64,000 nucleotides of DNA. It comes from Macrostomum hystrix (lineage: Eukaryota; Animalia; Platyhelminthes). The stretch spans positions 7,998,001 to 8,062,000 of the forward strand of contig CATNEN010000038.1 in the NCBI GenBank assembly GCA_950097015.1, in the 5' to 3' direction. Numbering within the stretch: the first letter of the stretch is position 1; each line of letters opens with the position of its first letter. The notes beneath the pieces were generated by a model that was given only the letters and a program-made list of their open reading frames with translations, had not been told where the DNA came from and did no database searches. The position numbers were made by a program, and so were the translations under genes. This document shows, piece by piece, positions 1-16,079 of the stretch.

Positions 1-432
1 ACAAATGAAGGACATAAACTAATGGGTTCGTGCTGTCATCCTGGCCATTGTAATTGGGTCTAATTTGGCTGTGTCTTTCTAATCGACAACGGAGAAATGA
101 CTTTAAGAAAAGGCTGTTCTATTAAATTTTCTTAAGGGTGGAGTGAAAGAGGACTTAACACGCTTGTTTCTCACACCTCACACCGCAGCTGCATTCATTT
201 GGAGGCTTGTTGTACATTTATGCCATTAAGGTACTCTGCCAGAAAATGAGATAAAGTCAGGGCCTCTGTGTGAGTGTTCTGCGTACTGTGTCCACGCGCA
301 TGTCTATGTGCTTGCTGCTGTTCTACTGTCATCAAACAAAGCACCAGTGCCCATAGCCCTCCTGCCAATATTAACTATTGCAAACGTTTTCAAAATGTCC
401 CCTGAACGGTTAGATCAATGGGTTCTCACAAC

Positions 433-3400
433 ACCGGGTGAGCATTCCACACCGTCGTGAACTTTGTCATCAGGCGGGCACCACTCGGTCGAACCGTCGC
501 AAGTCTCAGCGACGTCGCAGGGCCCGTCGGCATCGCGACACACCTGGCCCCTCTGTTTGAGCCTGCAGGTGGTGCTGTTGCAGCAGGAGCCGCTGGCGCA
601 CTCAGAACCGGCAGTGAACATGCAGGTGCTGGGGTTGCAACAAGCCGACCGACACGTCTGGATTAAATGCAGATTACAAAGCAGTTAATGCATACGTGCT
701 GAACAATCTGCACTTTTGAAGTGAGTTAGTTTCTAAAAATAACTATTTTCTCGAGCGCATCGAAATCCGAGGGCTGTCCCCCACTTTCAGTCTGGAAATT
801 GCTAATAATTGCTAATTTCAATTTTGACTAAGACATGCGAGTATGAGAAGCTTCTGTTTCTGTGAGCAAACACTCAATGGCTAGCTAATTAGTTGCACAA
901 TTTAGCAATGAAATAACTGACGCAGGCCGGTGAGAAAGAAAACACAGCAAACAGAATCAAGGATATTTGACGAATAGCAAAGTAAATATTTCGAAACTCA
1001 GGCTCATTTCTGTGTCATTCGTTCTAGTGTCACTGTATAGGCAGCATTTTTCTCTGCTACTTTTAAAAAAGCAGTCAAGCTGAAAGTAGAATCAATTTAA
1101 GTAAAACTATTCATCACTCAAAAGCTGATCTGGTCTGGTCTGATCTCCGTTACTCACCAATGACGGACCGCAATCGCATTGTTCTCCAGCCTCAACGACG
1201 CCGTTGCCGCAGCTGCCCGTGGACCCGGCGTTGGAAAAGGCCGCATCGGGAGCGTCCCTCAGACAGGACCGCCAAATCGCGTCGACTTGATTTCGCCAGG
1301 TGTCCCAAGCGCAAGAGGACCAGTTGAGGAGGCCCCTGCAGTGGAGAGATTTCGGGCTATTGGTCCACTCTCATTTGGCTTTACCATTCGAATTTCAATA
1401 ATGTTATCAACGTGTAGACTGCCTAAACATAAATTAAATTTTGCTCACTGAATACTCACCTGAAGCTTGAATCCAGTATGTAATTCATGATGCAGCCGTT
1501 CGAGCTGGGACAGGTGCAGCCGGACACGTCTTCAACGTTGCTGAAGCCGAGCAGCGCGCCGATGGAGTGAGCGACCAGCCAGGCAGCGTTGACGGGCTCC
1601 GTGAGATCCTGAAATTCAAGAATGTCAACAACCGTGTTGATTATTGTGTTGGTCGGGTGCTTCGTTTATCCGGATTTATTAAAACGACAGTTTCCCGAAT
1701 GCTTGACTTTTGTCTATGGTGAAGAACTGGCTCGTTTATTGTTTACTCACTGGGTCCTTAGAAACTTTGTCTGCTTGCTTTCCATTATTTCTATTCTGTT
1801 TCTGACCTCGCTCTAATTCTCTGTTTTTCCACCTCTGCCGTTCCTTGATCTCCTTTTTTTGCCACCTTCTGATTGGTCCGCCTCTCACCTGCTAGCCTCT
1901 CTCTTTTAGCACAGTCACTTAGTCACTCACTTGTGATTGCATCGACAGCGGGTATCCAGTAGGTCCAACTTTCCATACTATAAATATACAGTCAAGATCC
2001 CTTAATCCTCCAGCAGTCGTTACTCTTTCTTTTTCTCTTTCATTTATAATTTAATTTTTTGCGAGCCTGATGCATAAAACTACTCCTAATTCACATCGCA
2101 GTCAACCGATTCGCTATTTTCACTATAAACATGTACTTAGTAAGAATCAGTTGCTTTACCGCAACAAGTCCATTAGAATAAACCAATTGGCAGAGGCCAC
2201 CAGTCCACGAATATGTTGTAGCCGTCTGAGTCACTCCGGGAGCCAGAATTTTGTTCATGATGTTTGGCCTGAAACGTTTGGTAGCAGGATATTGAAGGCT
2301 GTAATTTATGGTTTCATGTGAGCTGCATTGATTGAATTTTTATGTTCGAGACACTGGGCCATGGTAATGACCACTTGATTAATCGGAGGTCATGACCATA
2401 AAGTGACATTTCGATTCATGACTGCACAAGTATTATGGACAGCTAACAAGCATTTAGTGTTTTCGTTGGGCGGGCATCCATGAACACTATATGACTTACG
2501 ATTTCGCTGCTCAATCATGCTTGCTTTACCATAGAAGCGAATGGCAACGCCTCATTACCGCACGCTTATAATTTTATATGCAGTCGATATCAGGATACGG
2601 TCGTGTCTATGGCAAAAACCGTCCTCGAAATAGGGGCTCGATGACAGTGTGTAGTCTCACGATAAGAACAGCGAAATAATCATTCTTATTTGAGCCAGAG
2701 TGCGGGAATGAAGGCAGTCGTGCAGGAATGAAATAATCTATGGCCAAATCTCCACTGTTTTACACATGGACATCGTGCAGGAATGACACTCTCCGTTCCT
2801 GCACGCAAACAATTTATATGTATTTGATTTATTTTTAACCCCCTGTCTCTTTCCTCCCTCCACACTTTATTCTTAATATGAATTTTGTCTATGGTTAGAA
2901 TGGCTCTAATAAGAAGGAAATCGCGTACTCGTGCTTTTCCCATTGAAGCACTCGTAAGCGTTCAAGAATTATACAGTCGATGATATAGACGCGCCCCTTT
3001 ATCGTGCAGCCTCGACCATAGACGACCTCGTGTCAAGCATCGTGTCTCGGTCGTTGCTGCACTTAAAAACCGTGCATCATATCTCCACCAGGGTCTACTA
3101 AATACTCGGGACGGGAAACGGCCAATTTATGCAGAAAAGTTTATGAGTCCGATTTTCAAAGTTTTCTGCTCGTCTCAATCGGAATCAGGGTTACTGTAAA
3201 AATGTGTTTCGGATCGGTCCATAAAGTGTTTCGTTTAAAACTGGTTGCTGCAGGTTATAAGGTATAATTTTTGCTCACGTGTAAAAAAAGCTAAACTCCC
3301 ACGAGTAAAATTCTGGTCAGCAGAAAACTTTGAAAATCGGATTCATAAACTTTTCTGCATGAATTGGCCGTTTCCCGTCCCGAGTATTTAGTAGTCCCTG

Positions 3401-6400
3401 CTCTCCATTGAACAACGCTGAGCAAGGGTTTTAATGAACATCGTTAAACTATGTCAGGGGTAGGCAAACTTATTTGCTGGCGGGCCAAAGAGAGAGCCTA
3501 ATAGACGACAGCGGGCCGCATTGACTGTATAAATATGAGATAGGGGAGAGATGAGACACGGGAGAGATGAGACACGGGAGAGATGAGACACGGGAGAGAT
3601 GAGACACGGGAGAGATGAGACACAGGAAAGATGGGACAGGAGAGAGATGAGACACGGGAGAGATTAGACACGGGAGAGATTAGACACGGGAGAGATTAGA
3701 CACGGGAGAGATTAGACACGGGAGAGATTAGACACGGGAGAGATTAGACACGGGAGAAATTAGACACGGGAGAGATTAGACACGGGAGAGATTAGACACG
3801 GGAGAGATTAGACACGGGAGAAATTAGACACGGGAGAGATTAGACACGGGAGAGATTAGACACGGGAGAGATTAGACACGGGAGAGATTAGACACGGGAG
3901 AGATTAGACACGGGAGAGATTAGACACGGGAGAAATTAGACACGGGAGAGATTAGACACGGGAGAGATTAGACACGGGAGAGATTAGACACGGGAGAGAT
4001 TAGACACGGGAGAGATTAGACACGGGAGAGATTAGATACAGGAGAGATGAGACGCGAGAGAGATGAAACAGGACACTGTAGATGTCAGAAGGGGCAACGG
4101 GCCGGATTTGGGAGCTTCGAGGGCCGCATCTGGCCCGCGGGCCGGAGTTTGCCGACCCCTGAACTATGTCTATGGGGAATTCCCACAGGGAATTCCCTTT
4201 GGATTCTTGTATTTCAAACGTTAAGTAACTGTGACCGAGGGCGCGCAGCGCCCGAGGTCATAGACATTGATGCCCGAAATAGCCGGTGTGTATTTTCATT
4301 GAGCAACGCTGGGATTCCCGCCATCAAATACCGCGGGGTTAGATTGGACAGATGTATCGGCTGTTTCGATGCTCTTCTTTGTTCTTTAGTTATTTTTACA
4401 ATACTACGAGAAAGTTAAGATATTGGAATTCAAATTTATCAGAGCCTTCTTGAATAAAATAGAATGTTTGAACTAAAAGCTATAAAGGAGATGTACAAAC
4501 AACACATAATTAAGAATGTACAATTTAAAATTTATGCTTGTCAGAAAAAAATCTAGAATATTCACGGTAAGCTGTGCTTACCACTGCAGGCAGGAACCGA
4601 TAATATCAATTTAACCATAGAATTCTATCTACTCAAGCCGGCAGGAAGTAAAATTAGGCCTTGGTAAGCACTGCTTACCATCAGTCTTCTCGTGGTTTTA
4701 ATGGACGAAATTAAACATACAAGTTCTAATATATAATCGCGGTATTTTATGTGTCCCATAATATTTAATCGCGGTATTTAATGGCGGGAATCCCAGCGTT
4801 GCTCAATGAAAATACACACCGGCTATATTCTTACATTAATGAACATTTTGAATGTCTATGTTAAAAAGCTATTTCAATGCTTGATCAAGCTGTGCTAACA
4901 GAGGGGCTAAATAAACATTAAAGACCGATCTCAACGTTGGTCAATGTCAGCCCCATATCGAGCTAAACTATAGCTTATCACAGCAATAGGCAATCGGTCT
5001 TACGTCAAGAGGATGGCAGCGTCGTGCCTGATTTTGATGTTCAGCGCCTTGTATACGCCGAATTCACGGAGTATATCGTCCACAGACTGAGCCATGCTGA
5101 ATGGATTTGAGCTTAAAACAATGGCACTCTTCAGCACGACTCGAAGCCCGAAGGCCTGATAGACCTGCAGGTCGATCAAAAATGAAATGCTTCAATTTTA
5201 AGTCATAGAAATATAGAGTGTACAATTGCCGTTAAAAACGATTAATTTTCTAACCCCATTGACGTAGTTGACAATTTCCATCATGCGAGGAATCGCTCCG
5301 CTTCCGAACTTGGTTGACTGTAAAGAAAATATTAAAAAGCTAAAATGACATTGTCGCAGCTATTGACCTTGGGTTAAATTAAAACGTTGTTATATTAGCA
5401 GTTATAAAAACAAGTCAAAGCACTTGAATAAACCTTACATAGTCGCTCTCCGCCACCAGCATCAGCTCCAGCACCTTCTTCGTCGCTCCGTCATTGAAAG
5501 CTTCTAGCTTCAGGGACCTCCTTTTCCTACTTGACGGCCTGGCAGCAGAGGGCAGAGACCTGCTGTTCCTTTCGGCAGCGGGTGGTGGGAGCACGCTGGT
5601 CATCTCGAAATCATCCTCTTTAATCTCGATAGGCTTCGGCACAGCGACTTCAGTCGAGTGAACCCACTTCGTTGCGTGATACCATAAGCCATTGGACTTG
5701 AACCGCGCACTGCAAAACATATTTCAAATGGCACAAACAAATATAGTGAATTTGTTTAAGAAACTTGTCCGATAGTAACGCTAAAAGGATTGTTTTCTAA
5801 CTGCGTCTAATATCAAAAGTCATAAATATAGCTTCATATAGACCTTAGAAATCCGGAATTGACGTGGCCAAACACAGCTTCCTGCGTCTCCGTGTTCACT
5901 CCGTGATAAAGGCACGGCAGAGGTACCACACCAGCTCCTGAGTCAGTCATCACAATGAGCTGATCGTGTATGACGGATCTGCGTCAAGAAGCGATGTGAC
6001 AGTGTTAGCAGCAAAGTGGGGGTAGAGCGGCAGAGTATACTCCTGATTATTAATGACACACCTGTGTGTGTGGGAATCAGGGGAATCAGGTCAGGGGAAT
6101 CAGGAGGGTTACCGAAAAAAATTCGCACAAAATGGTTGAAACTCACGGCGTTGATAAAGTAAGGATGGTCTTGTGAGCTTTGGTCGCATTCGGAAATCGC
6201 ATCGGAATTGAGAGCTGCGGCTTGCAGCCGCGCACCAGATCCTGGACAGTCAGATTCGAGACAGTCGGTGACGCGGTCACCTCGGAACATCCTAGAAGTA
6301 TTTTGCATCGCGATTTTCTCTTTTCAGAATTTGATAAGCCAAGCCCAGTCTTAATTATCCCTATTAATCCTAAATTATTGCCTACGAGTAATTGATGTGC

Positions 6401-6515
6401 GCAGAAGTACTAAAGTTGCTCTCAACTTACCGAGTACAATCAGGAGTGCAATTGAGATTAGGGACCGCATGATGCTGCTGATGTTCTTCGATACTTCTGA
6501 GAGACTTATCAACAT
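433..6515 (-). CDS. ADAM-family disintegrin and metalloprotease-like protein, probably non-catalytic; multi-exon, likely continues left of 433
   Basis: Exons joined at GT-AG sites: 6431-6515 (signal peptide MRSLISIALLIVLG), ~6147-6360, ~5844-5978 (prodomain, CLYHG), ~5437-5710 (furin site RKRR, then KVLELMLVAE), ~5255-5317, ~5004-5164 (HDAAILLT), 2160-2268 (WTGGLC), 1460-1608 (AHSIGALLGFSN...CIM), 1158-1335 (CGNGVVEAGEQCDCG) and ~433-657 (disintegrin CASGSCC...CDVAETCDG). Confidence 0.88.
3089..3400. mobile_element. MITE (hAT-like) with ~80-bp terminal inverted repeats
   Basis: CAGGGTCTACTAAATACTCGGGACGGGAAACGGCC... at 3089 is the inverse of ...GGCCGTTTCCCGTCCCGAGTATTTAGTAGTCCCTG ending at 3400. 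The flanks ATCTCCAC and CTCTCCAT are a 6/8 match to an 8-bp TSD. Confidence 0.85.
3455..4161. mobile_element. hAT-type MITE carrying an internal 16-bp minisatellite (copy 1)
   Basis: TIRs CAGGGGTAGGCAAAC...GTTTGCCGACCCCTG, perfect 8-bp TSD AACTATGT (3447-3454 and 4162-4169), internal (GACACGGGAGAGATTA)n. Confidence 0.93.
4280..4825. mobile_element. Foldback/MITE-like element with ~55-bp inverted repeats
   Basis: TAGCCGGTGTGTATTTTCATTGAGCAACGCTGGGATTCCCGCCAT (~4280) is inverted at ~4781-4825. No clear TSD. Confidence 0.65.
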
Positions 6516-7302
6516 CCACAGAAATTTGAAATTATAAATAATTCAGATTTTTTCTCTTCAATTTGAATTGTTGAGGCTTTGCAATGCACCATTTTTATAT
6601 TTTATGTTCTACCCTCGCAGAACAATGCGCTTAAAGTAGCTTTTAGCTCAAGGATACTGTGCTATGTTCGCAACTATTGCTAGGTATTGTGCTCTACTTG
6701 GGGTCTGTAAATAGGTAAAATCCTTGTTCTGCATTGTCTAAAAATAGCGATTACGAAGTAAACACCCATGCACATTACGAGAAAAATAACACTCGAGGGA
6801 ACTCGAGTGGCCGTTTCCGGTTAATTTTTCCAAGACGTGATCAGCGAAGTTCGCAAATTAGTGTAGGACATGCAGGTCGTTGTGACAAATACGGTTTATA
6901 TTGCTGAGTCCCATGACTTTGAACATAATGTACAAAACATCCGTCAAAAGTAACTGTCACTGAGGTATGACGCGATGCTTGGTTACGATTAGAAAAATGC
7001 CAAAGCTTGCGACACAAGGAGGGTTTTGTACCGATTCGGAGACAATGTGCTGGCCAGGTGCGAATGGTTGAGGGCCGCAAACGCGGTCAGGAAGAAATAT
7101 CAGAGTAGAGCGGTTATCAAAATATCTGTCAGCTTCAGCTTTCAGCTTTGCCCAAGTCCTGCTCTTACACTGCCCTTATTGGGTCAGATGTACACCCGAC
7201 AGCACAGCTGCAGCTATTACGCGGCGCATCTAAGTACTACGTACGGCTGTTCAGTGCATGGACAATAGGGATGCCACATTTACACTCAATTACGTAGCTA
7301 AT

Positions 7303-7356
7303 GTAGCCGGACCTTCAGTTCGTGAGTCCGGCGCTTTAACGACTAGGCTACAACCT
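7303..7356 (-). mobile_element. tRNA-derived SINE head fragment
   Basis: The reverse strand reads GGTTGTAGCCTAGTCGTTAAAGCGCCGGACTCACGAACTGAAGGTC, matching the heads of the SINEs at 25612, 34593 and 35466. Confidence 0.6.
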
Positions 7357-7559
7357 CCATATATATATATCGGTTTCGCGCTGTGAAGTATTGATCTTTG
7401 CTGCTAAAAAAACTGTGACAACAGCAGCGGAAGCAACAAGATCAATCAGTTAATTGCATCGTGGCATTGAAGTGATGTTAGATTTTTGTTGTTTGCTGCT
7501 CTTGTGCTGTCACCGATACCGAGGACACAGAGAGCCGACAAGTTTTCGACTAGACGTTC

Positions 7560-8330
7560 CAGCGTCTCTATCAGCATCCAGGTCTCGGCGTTATAAAGCA
7601 GGAAGGTTTCGACGACCGCCTGGAACTACGCCGCCCGCTGGAGGTCAGATAGGGCCCCGGACTGCAAGATAGCCCTCACGGAACGGATGGCAGCCAAGGC
7701 AAGCCCGCGGCGACGACGCAGATCTTTGCGGACGTCGGGTTTCGCAGCTTCGATGTCGCCTGGCACAAAGAGCACGACGGTCTTTTGCGTGTTCACCATC
7801 AAGCCGATACTCGCCGCAACGCTAATGAGCCTAGCCATCTGGCGTTGGGCGCCATCGACGGTCGAAGACAGCAGGTTGAGGTCGTCACTCGTCGGCTTAC
7901 TCAAGAACGCTAAGCCGCCTCACCAGTTGACGTCGTCCCACGCGTCGCCGCAACAGAAAGCCGTCGTCGTCAGTCGACAGAACACTCCATAGCAATTGGT
8001 GGAGCACCAGGATGAACAAGAACGGTACCAGCGTGTGTCAAAGGGTGCGATAGTCCTTCCGGTGTCATCACAATAGCTTTTGTCTGATGGTACATAGTCA
8101 TCACGGCGGAAACCAGCTGCTCTGACGCGCTCTGAGCACCAGGGCCCCTGTGACCGAATCGAAAGCCTTCATGAAGTCTATGAAGATCAAGATCAGGATC
8201 AACTGGCGGATTTGCGCTTTCTCGATGACTCGGCGAAGAGCTAGATCTGAGACACTGCCACGGTGGGGCCGGAACCCGTTCTGCTTAGTCCGCAGGTAGG
8301 GGTCCAGCACGGACCAGAGATGCAGAAACC
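7560..8330 (-). mobile_element. Degenerate RTE-like LINE reverse transcriptase fragment (same family as 41655-44400)
   Basis: VLDPYLRTKQNGFRPHRGS...IFIDFMKAFDSV, a degenerate domain 5 (SDDLNLLSSTVDGAQ) and YNAETW, broken by frameshifts. Confidence 0.85.
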
Positions 8331-9596
8331 TTATAACAGACTGCAAATTACTAAACCAAAATACACTTTTAGATTAAAAGTGCAATTTTATGCGGTTGTA
8401 AAACTGCGTCATGAATTAATATAAAACAACAAAATTATGCCATAGTTACAAAGGTACAATTATAAAGTACCCAATGCGAGAATTGATTAGCAAATATAAT
8501 ATATAGAATATATTTTGTCAGCAACATGCAGCTTTAACAAATTGACAAACAGTATAAGGACATTGGTAATTTTGCAGCAGAGAATTGTAAGCACACATGC
8601 TGGCAGAGATGCAGCAAGGCTGAAGCTGAATATTTATAAACTTAATGTTTTGGTAAATAGGACAAAACACAGGCAGTGGACTAACAGTAACGGTTGGACT
8701 AGCATTGGTAGCAGCTGGGGGCTGCTGCTGTTTACAAAACAGGCTAAGCAGCTGCAAACTGAAAAATGGCTAAGAAAGATAGAAGGATATCAGTGAAGCA
8801 AGTCAGAAGAAGCACAACTGGGTATAAAGATATGATTGAGGGCATAGATGTCAAAAAGTGAGCTAAAACAGGGACAAAGGTGAAACTAAAACACATTAAA
8901 TTGCACCTTTCGCGAAGCAGAAAGATTCCGGCTTTGAAATAGAATCACTAACAATCCCAAGGCCTCAAGCGCAGGAGTTTAGTGAGGCGAGCTGAGAACC
9001 TGTACACTGCCTGACGATGAGAATATCAGGGCAGATGTAAACACCTGTGTAAGCATGTTGCTCAGGGGTCAATGGTCAACGAATGACGCTAATATTGTTA
9101 CTCGTATCAAGTGTCGTTATTCATAACTAACTAACACGAGCAGGAAAACAGGCAAGTCTGCAAACGAAGCTACTAGCAGATTCAGTAGTGACTGAAGCGC
9201 AGGCACATTTTAAATATTACTATAGACTCGTAATAGATAAAATAAATGTGTATAAATAGTTGCGTTTAAAAGCAGCAAAATAGACTTGTTTACTAAAAGC
9301 GCGATTGCTTTTGCTTAAAAAACAGCAGCCAAACGACAGAACGGCGACTAGAAGAGAGCTGAGAAATCTATTGAAAAAACTAACTTCTGTTAAACAGAAT
9401 GCACAACTAACATTAATAGTGTGTACACTGACTGGGTCCTATAGAATCCGATGCTCATTGACTGTTCTATTCTATATTCAATTATTGACTTTTAGTTAGC
9501 AGAGCCATACATGTTAGGCTAGTCAGTGATAAAAATACTGCCAAGATGCTGGTAAGCTAGCCATAACGAATTCACTGTAAGCCACTGTAGAACGGC

Positions 9597-12115
<2,519 letters not shown>

Positions 12116-15100
12116 TCAGTGATTCTGACTCTGAGCAGCTAATTAAACACAAATTAAAATAATTGGCAGCTTGATACACAACTAGCCTAGGCCCTAGAAG
12201 GCTAGAACTAAATATTACATCAGTTTTTTGGCAGATAATATAGCCCCATAGAGCCTGGGACTTTCTGACTGAAGGGTATAATAATGCAGAAGGACTGTGT
12301 GCAATGGCACATCATTTGGCCATTATTTCTAATTTAGAAAGACAAGAGGCTTTTAAAACTTTTTACAAGTGTATGTTTATCATTTTGTTATCATGTGCCC
12401 TAATATGCAATTTAACTAAGGGTACTTGGTAAATTAGTCATTTGCAGCATTGACAAGAATAAATCATTTAGAAGATAAAAATAGGTCATGCTACATAATT
12501 TACATTCTATTGACCAGACATTATAAATTATTGAGGGAACAGCATGAGTGAGTGAACTTCATTGAATGTTAAGAGTAGCATGATTTATTGAGGGGGCAGC
12601 ATAAATTATCTAAGAGATATCAACAAAAGATAAGAACAGTATTAGAGTTACATATTTTTTTCTTGTTCTTAGAGCTTTAAAATGAGACCCCCCTAAAGGG
12701 CCCTTGGTTACTAGTCATATTATAAATAATATTAGACCTAAAAAGATTTTGTGGCTTTCATTAAAAACATAACTAAAATTTAATTATTTCACTACTTCAA
12801 TTGTTATAAGCCATCCATAAATAAGATAATCACATAAATAACTAATTATCCTAATTATACTAGCTAGCTAATTATACAACAAAACAACATTTTATAATAA
12901 CAATAAAGTTTATGATCTAGCTATAGCTAATATTTATAATAGTATGGAAAGTAGTCCTAATTTTATAATGACTTTAGTTTCTTGTTCTAATTTGTTTAAG
13001 CCTATTTTTGCACATTTTAAAAAGCCTAACATATGCAGCGCAAGTTAAATTAGCCCAGACTACAGATAACAACAGCTTTTGTAACTTTTACTTTGATAAA
13101 GTAAGAATAAATATTTGGTATTAACATGAAAGGCCCTAGAATAGTAGAGAAGCTTGTTAAAAGTTATAACACTTAAAACTTAAAATTTAATATGCCAGTA
13201 GACAAATTTATAGGAAACTGGGCATATGTGTTGTTTTGTTTATTTAATTATTTTGATGACAGGTTTGAATTTGTCAAAGACGTTATTATTGAATCAATCA
13301 ATAAATAAATGATTGTTGCAGCAATTTAAATTCACTTAACTGATCAAGCAAATAGTGAAAGTGCCACATAGTATTCTATGGCTCAAATTGATGTGGGGTA
13401 TAAAATGGCAATTCCAACTGAGTTTGATTTCTGAGTTCAACATGATTTCAATGTGGCTGGTTGTCCTCTGGCACCGACTTCTATTCTCTGCCACCAAACA
13501 AATTGCTTGCCTAAATTGGCATGCCAACTGACCTGCAGACAATATATGCTGCCACAATGGAGGGCACCTAGGCTCACACAAAGCGAATCTGGGATTAGTA
13601 AGTGCCTTTGGGCTAATAATGCTTTGAGTGGTGGCTTGCCAGATAATTATAGGATTCGTCTCATTGCTGAATTTGATAAGTTCATTAGCTGTGCTCGTGG
13701 GTATGTTGGTGCTAGACGTAATAGACTAGTCCATCAGACTGGAGAAGCTTAAGAAAAACAACAAAATTAAGATTTTTAACTACGACAAAGGCCATGGTGC
13801 TGCCATCATCGATAGCTCTGACTACTTAGGCAAACTTGACAAAATTGTGCAGGACAAACTCAAATTCCATTGCCTTGGTGAGGCCAATGAGGTCACTATG
13901 ATGCACCCTTTGCTTAAAAATGAGAGATCTTTACAAACTTTTCTTATAACTTACGTGAAATGGCACATTTGCCCTGATACTTTTCAATGGATTACTCCTT
14001 GTAGGAGCCAATCTGGCCAGCTTTATGGGCTCTGCAAAGTTCACAAAAGTGGCTACCCCCTGAGACCCATTGTATCCATGATTAATACCTCTGAGTATGA
14101 GCTTGCCAAGTATCTTGATGCTCTTATCAAACCTGTTATCCCTCAAGATTACTGGGTCTCTTCTAATCGTGAATTTGTTGAAAGCTTGAACTGTGTTAAT
14201 GTTCATCCTACTGATAAATTGTTCAGCTTTGATGTTGTTTCGCTGTTCACTAACATCCCTCTGCAGTTTGCCATTGACCTTGCTACTGACCTTGTCTATA
14301 AAAGCTCTAATCACCCATCCTTTCCTAAAACCACTTTCAAGAAGATGCTTGGGTTCACCACCTCTGGTATTTTCCTGTTCCGGGACAAATACTACAGGCA
14401 GATTGATGGATGCGCTATGGGCAGTCAACTGGCTCCTACTCTTGCCAATCTCTGCATAGCTTACTGGGAAAAAGAGTGGATGGCCCTCCCGTGTGCTCCC
14501 CATTTTTACTAACATTATATAGATGATAATTTTGCCATTTTTGACAATGAGGCCAAAAAGGAAGAATTCTTTAATACTATCAATGCTACCCATAAGAACA
14601 TCAAGTTTACTTCTGAGGGTGGAGAAAAAAGACTTCCCTTTCTGGAAATTGACATTGATATGAGTAAAGGCTTGATTCAAACTAGCATGTTTAGAAAAGC
14701 TAGCTTCACTGGTCTCATGCTAAGGTTTGATGGGGGAATTGATGCCCTCTGTCCTAGGCAATGGAAAGACGGTTTGGTGCAGTGCTTTCTCCAAAGAGCT
14801 TTTCTGATTTGCAGTTCCTGGAAGCTTTTTCATGATGAGCTGGAGCAGCTTACTCGGTTGTTCATGATGAATGGATACCTTCGTGGCCATATGAAAAAGA
14901 AAGAAAGAAAGATCTCAATAATGATTGTAGCCCCATGATTGTGGTTCCTCTTTTTGGGCCTCTGCTCCATGGAGTTTGGGAAGAAAGTGGAAAAATTGTT
15001 TAGAAGTCACATTGATTCCTAGCTCTGGGTTTTGTTCCGCATGGAAAAGATTGCTCAGTTTGTCTGCAGGTTGAAGTCTCATGTTCCTAGACCACTTGTT

Positions 15101-15536
15101 GTAGGTGCTGTGTATAAAATTCATTGTTCTGTGGATCAGAACATCTCCTACATACATAGGTAAAACTAAGTGACACTTGTACACAAGGGTTAAGGAGCAT
15201 TGGATTAGAAATTCTGTCATCAATGAGCACCTTCTCTTGTGTAACTCCTGTTGCAATAAGAACTGTTGAGATATGTTTAAAGTGATTAATTCCTATAGCC
15301 AAGAAAACAAATTGAACATTCTTGAGGCCATGTACATTAAGGCTCAGAAACCATATTTGAACAGTCAGTTAGCCATGGGGGTGCAAGCCACCAACTCAAT
15401 GTGTTTTAGCTATGTTAGAATTGTCTTTGAACTTTTTTGGTTTTTGTTTTTTCTCTTGTTAACCAGATTGGACCAAAATTGATTTGCACTTTGCATTTTA
15501 CAGTTTTCATTACTTAAAAATATATATAACTTGGTT

Positions 15537-16009
15537 GGTCCCATGTCATTTCGGTGAGAAGACATTTTGGTGACAGTCATTTCGGTGACACAATTGGTCA
15601 GATTGGTGACAACTATTTTTGCACCTAAAGGCTAAATATGCTAAAAAACAGCCTTCCATTTTAACTATGCACACATATAAAATATTAATTAAATAATGCT
15701 AAAAGTATTAATAAGAAGCTGCATTGCTCTGTTTAAGTCTGGGTTTTACTTTAAATGAGTTAAATTATTAAATTATTTAATGAGTAGTCAATAGTTTCAA
15801 TAGTTATTCATTCCTAATTAAATGTGTATAATAATCATTTTTCAAGTTTTGGATTGACAAGGCAAGTGCAGGCTTTAAGCAGCTGCTGGATTGTGGAAGG
15901 CTGTTTTCTCAGCATATTTAGGCGCAAAAATAGTTGTCACCGAACTGACCAATTCTGTCACCGAAATGACTGTCACCCAAATGTCTTGTCACCGAAATGA
16001 CCTGGGACC
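15537..16009. mobile_element. MITE with long TIRs made of CATTTCGGTGACA-type subrepeats
   Basis: GGTCCCATGTCATTTCGGTGA...TCACCGAAATGACCTGGGACC, with 8-bp TSD ACTTGGTT (15529-15536 and 16010-16017). Confidence 0.88.
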
Positions 16010-16039
16010 ACTTGGTTCTGTGTGCTTAATTGTGGTGTC

Positions 16040-16079
16040 TGCCCTGAAGATGACCGATTGTGGTCAAAATGCATTGGCA
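16040..16079 (+). ncRNA. Degenerate type I hammerhead ribozyme of the Penelope-like element
   Basis: TGCC-CTGAAGA-TGACC-gattgt-GGTC-AAAA-TGCATT-GGCA. Restoring three CpG transitions gives GGTC-GAAA-CGCGTT-GGCA, a core with a palindromic stem III. Confidence 0.7.

Noticed and set aside
1931-1977. Possible extra ADAM exon (AG...GTGAG)
   Set aside because: The 47-nt exon is incompatible with the phase-0 junction between exons 2160-2268 and 1460-1608.
9005-9040. CTGACGA hammerhead-like core
   Set aside because: There is no GAAA box or stem III downstream.
13931-14680. 249-aa minus-strand ORF
   Set aside because: It is the antisense shadow of the Penelope RT and has no recognisable motifs.
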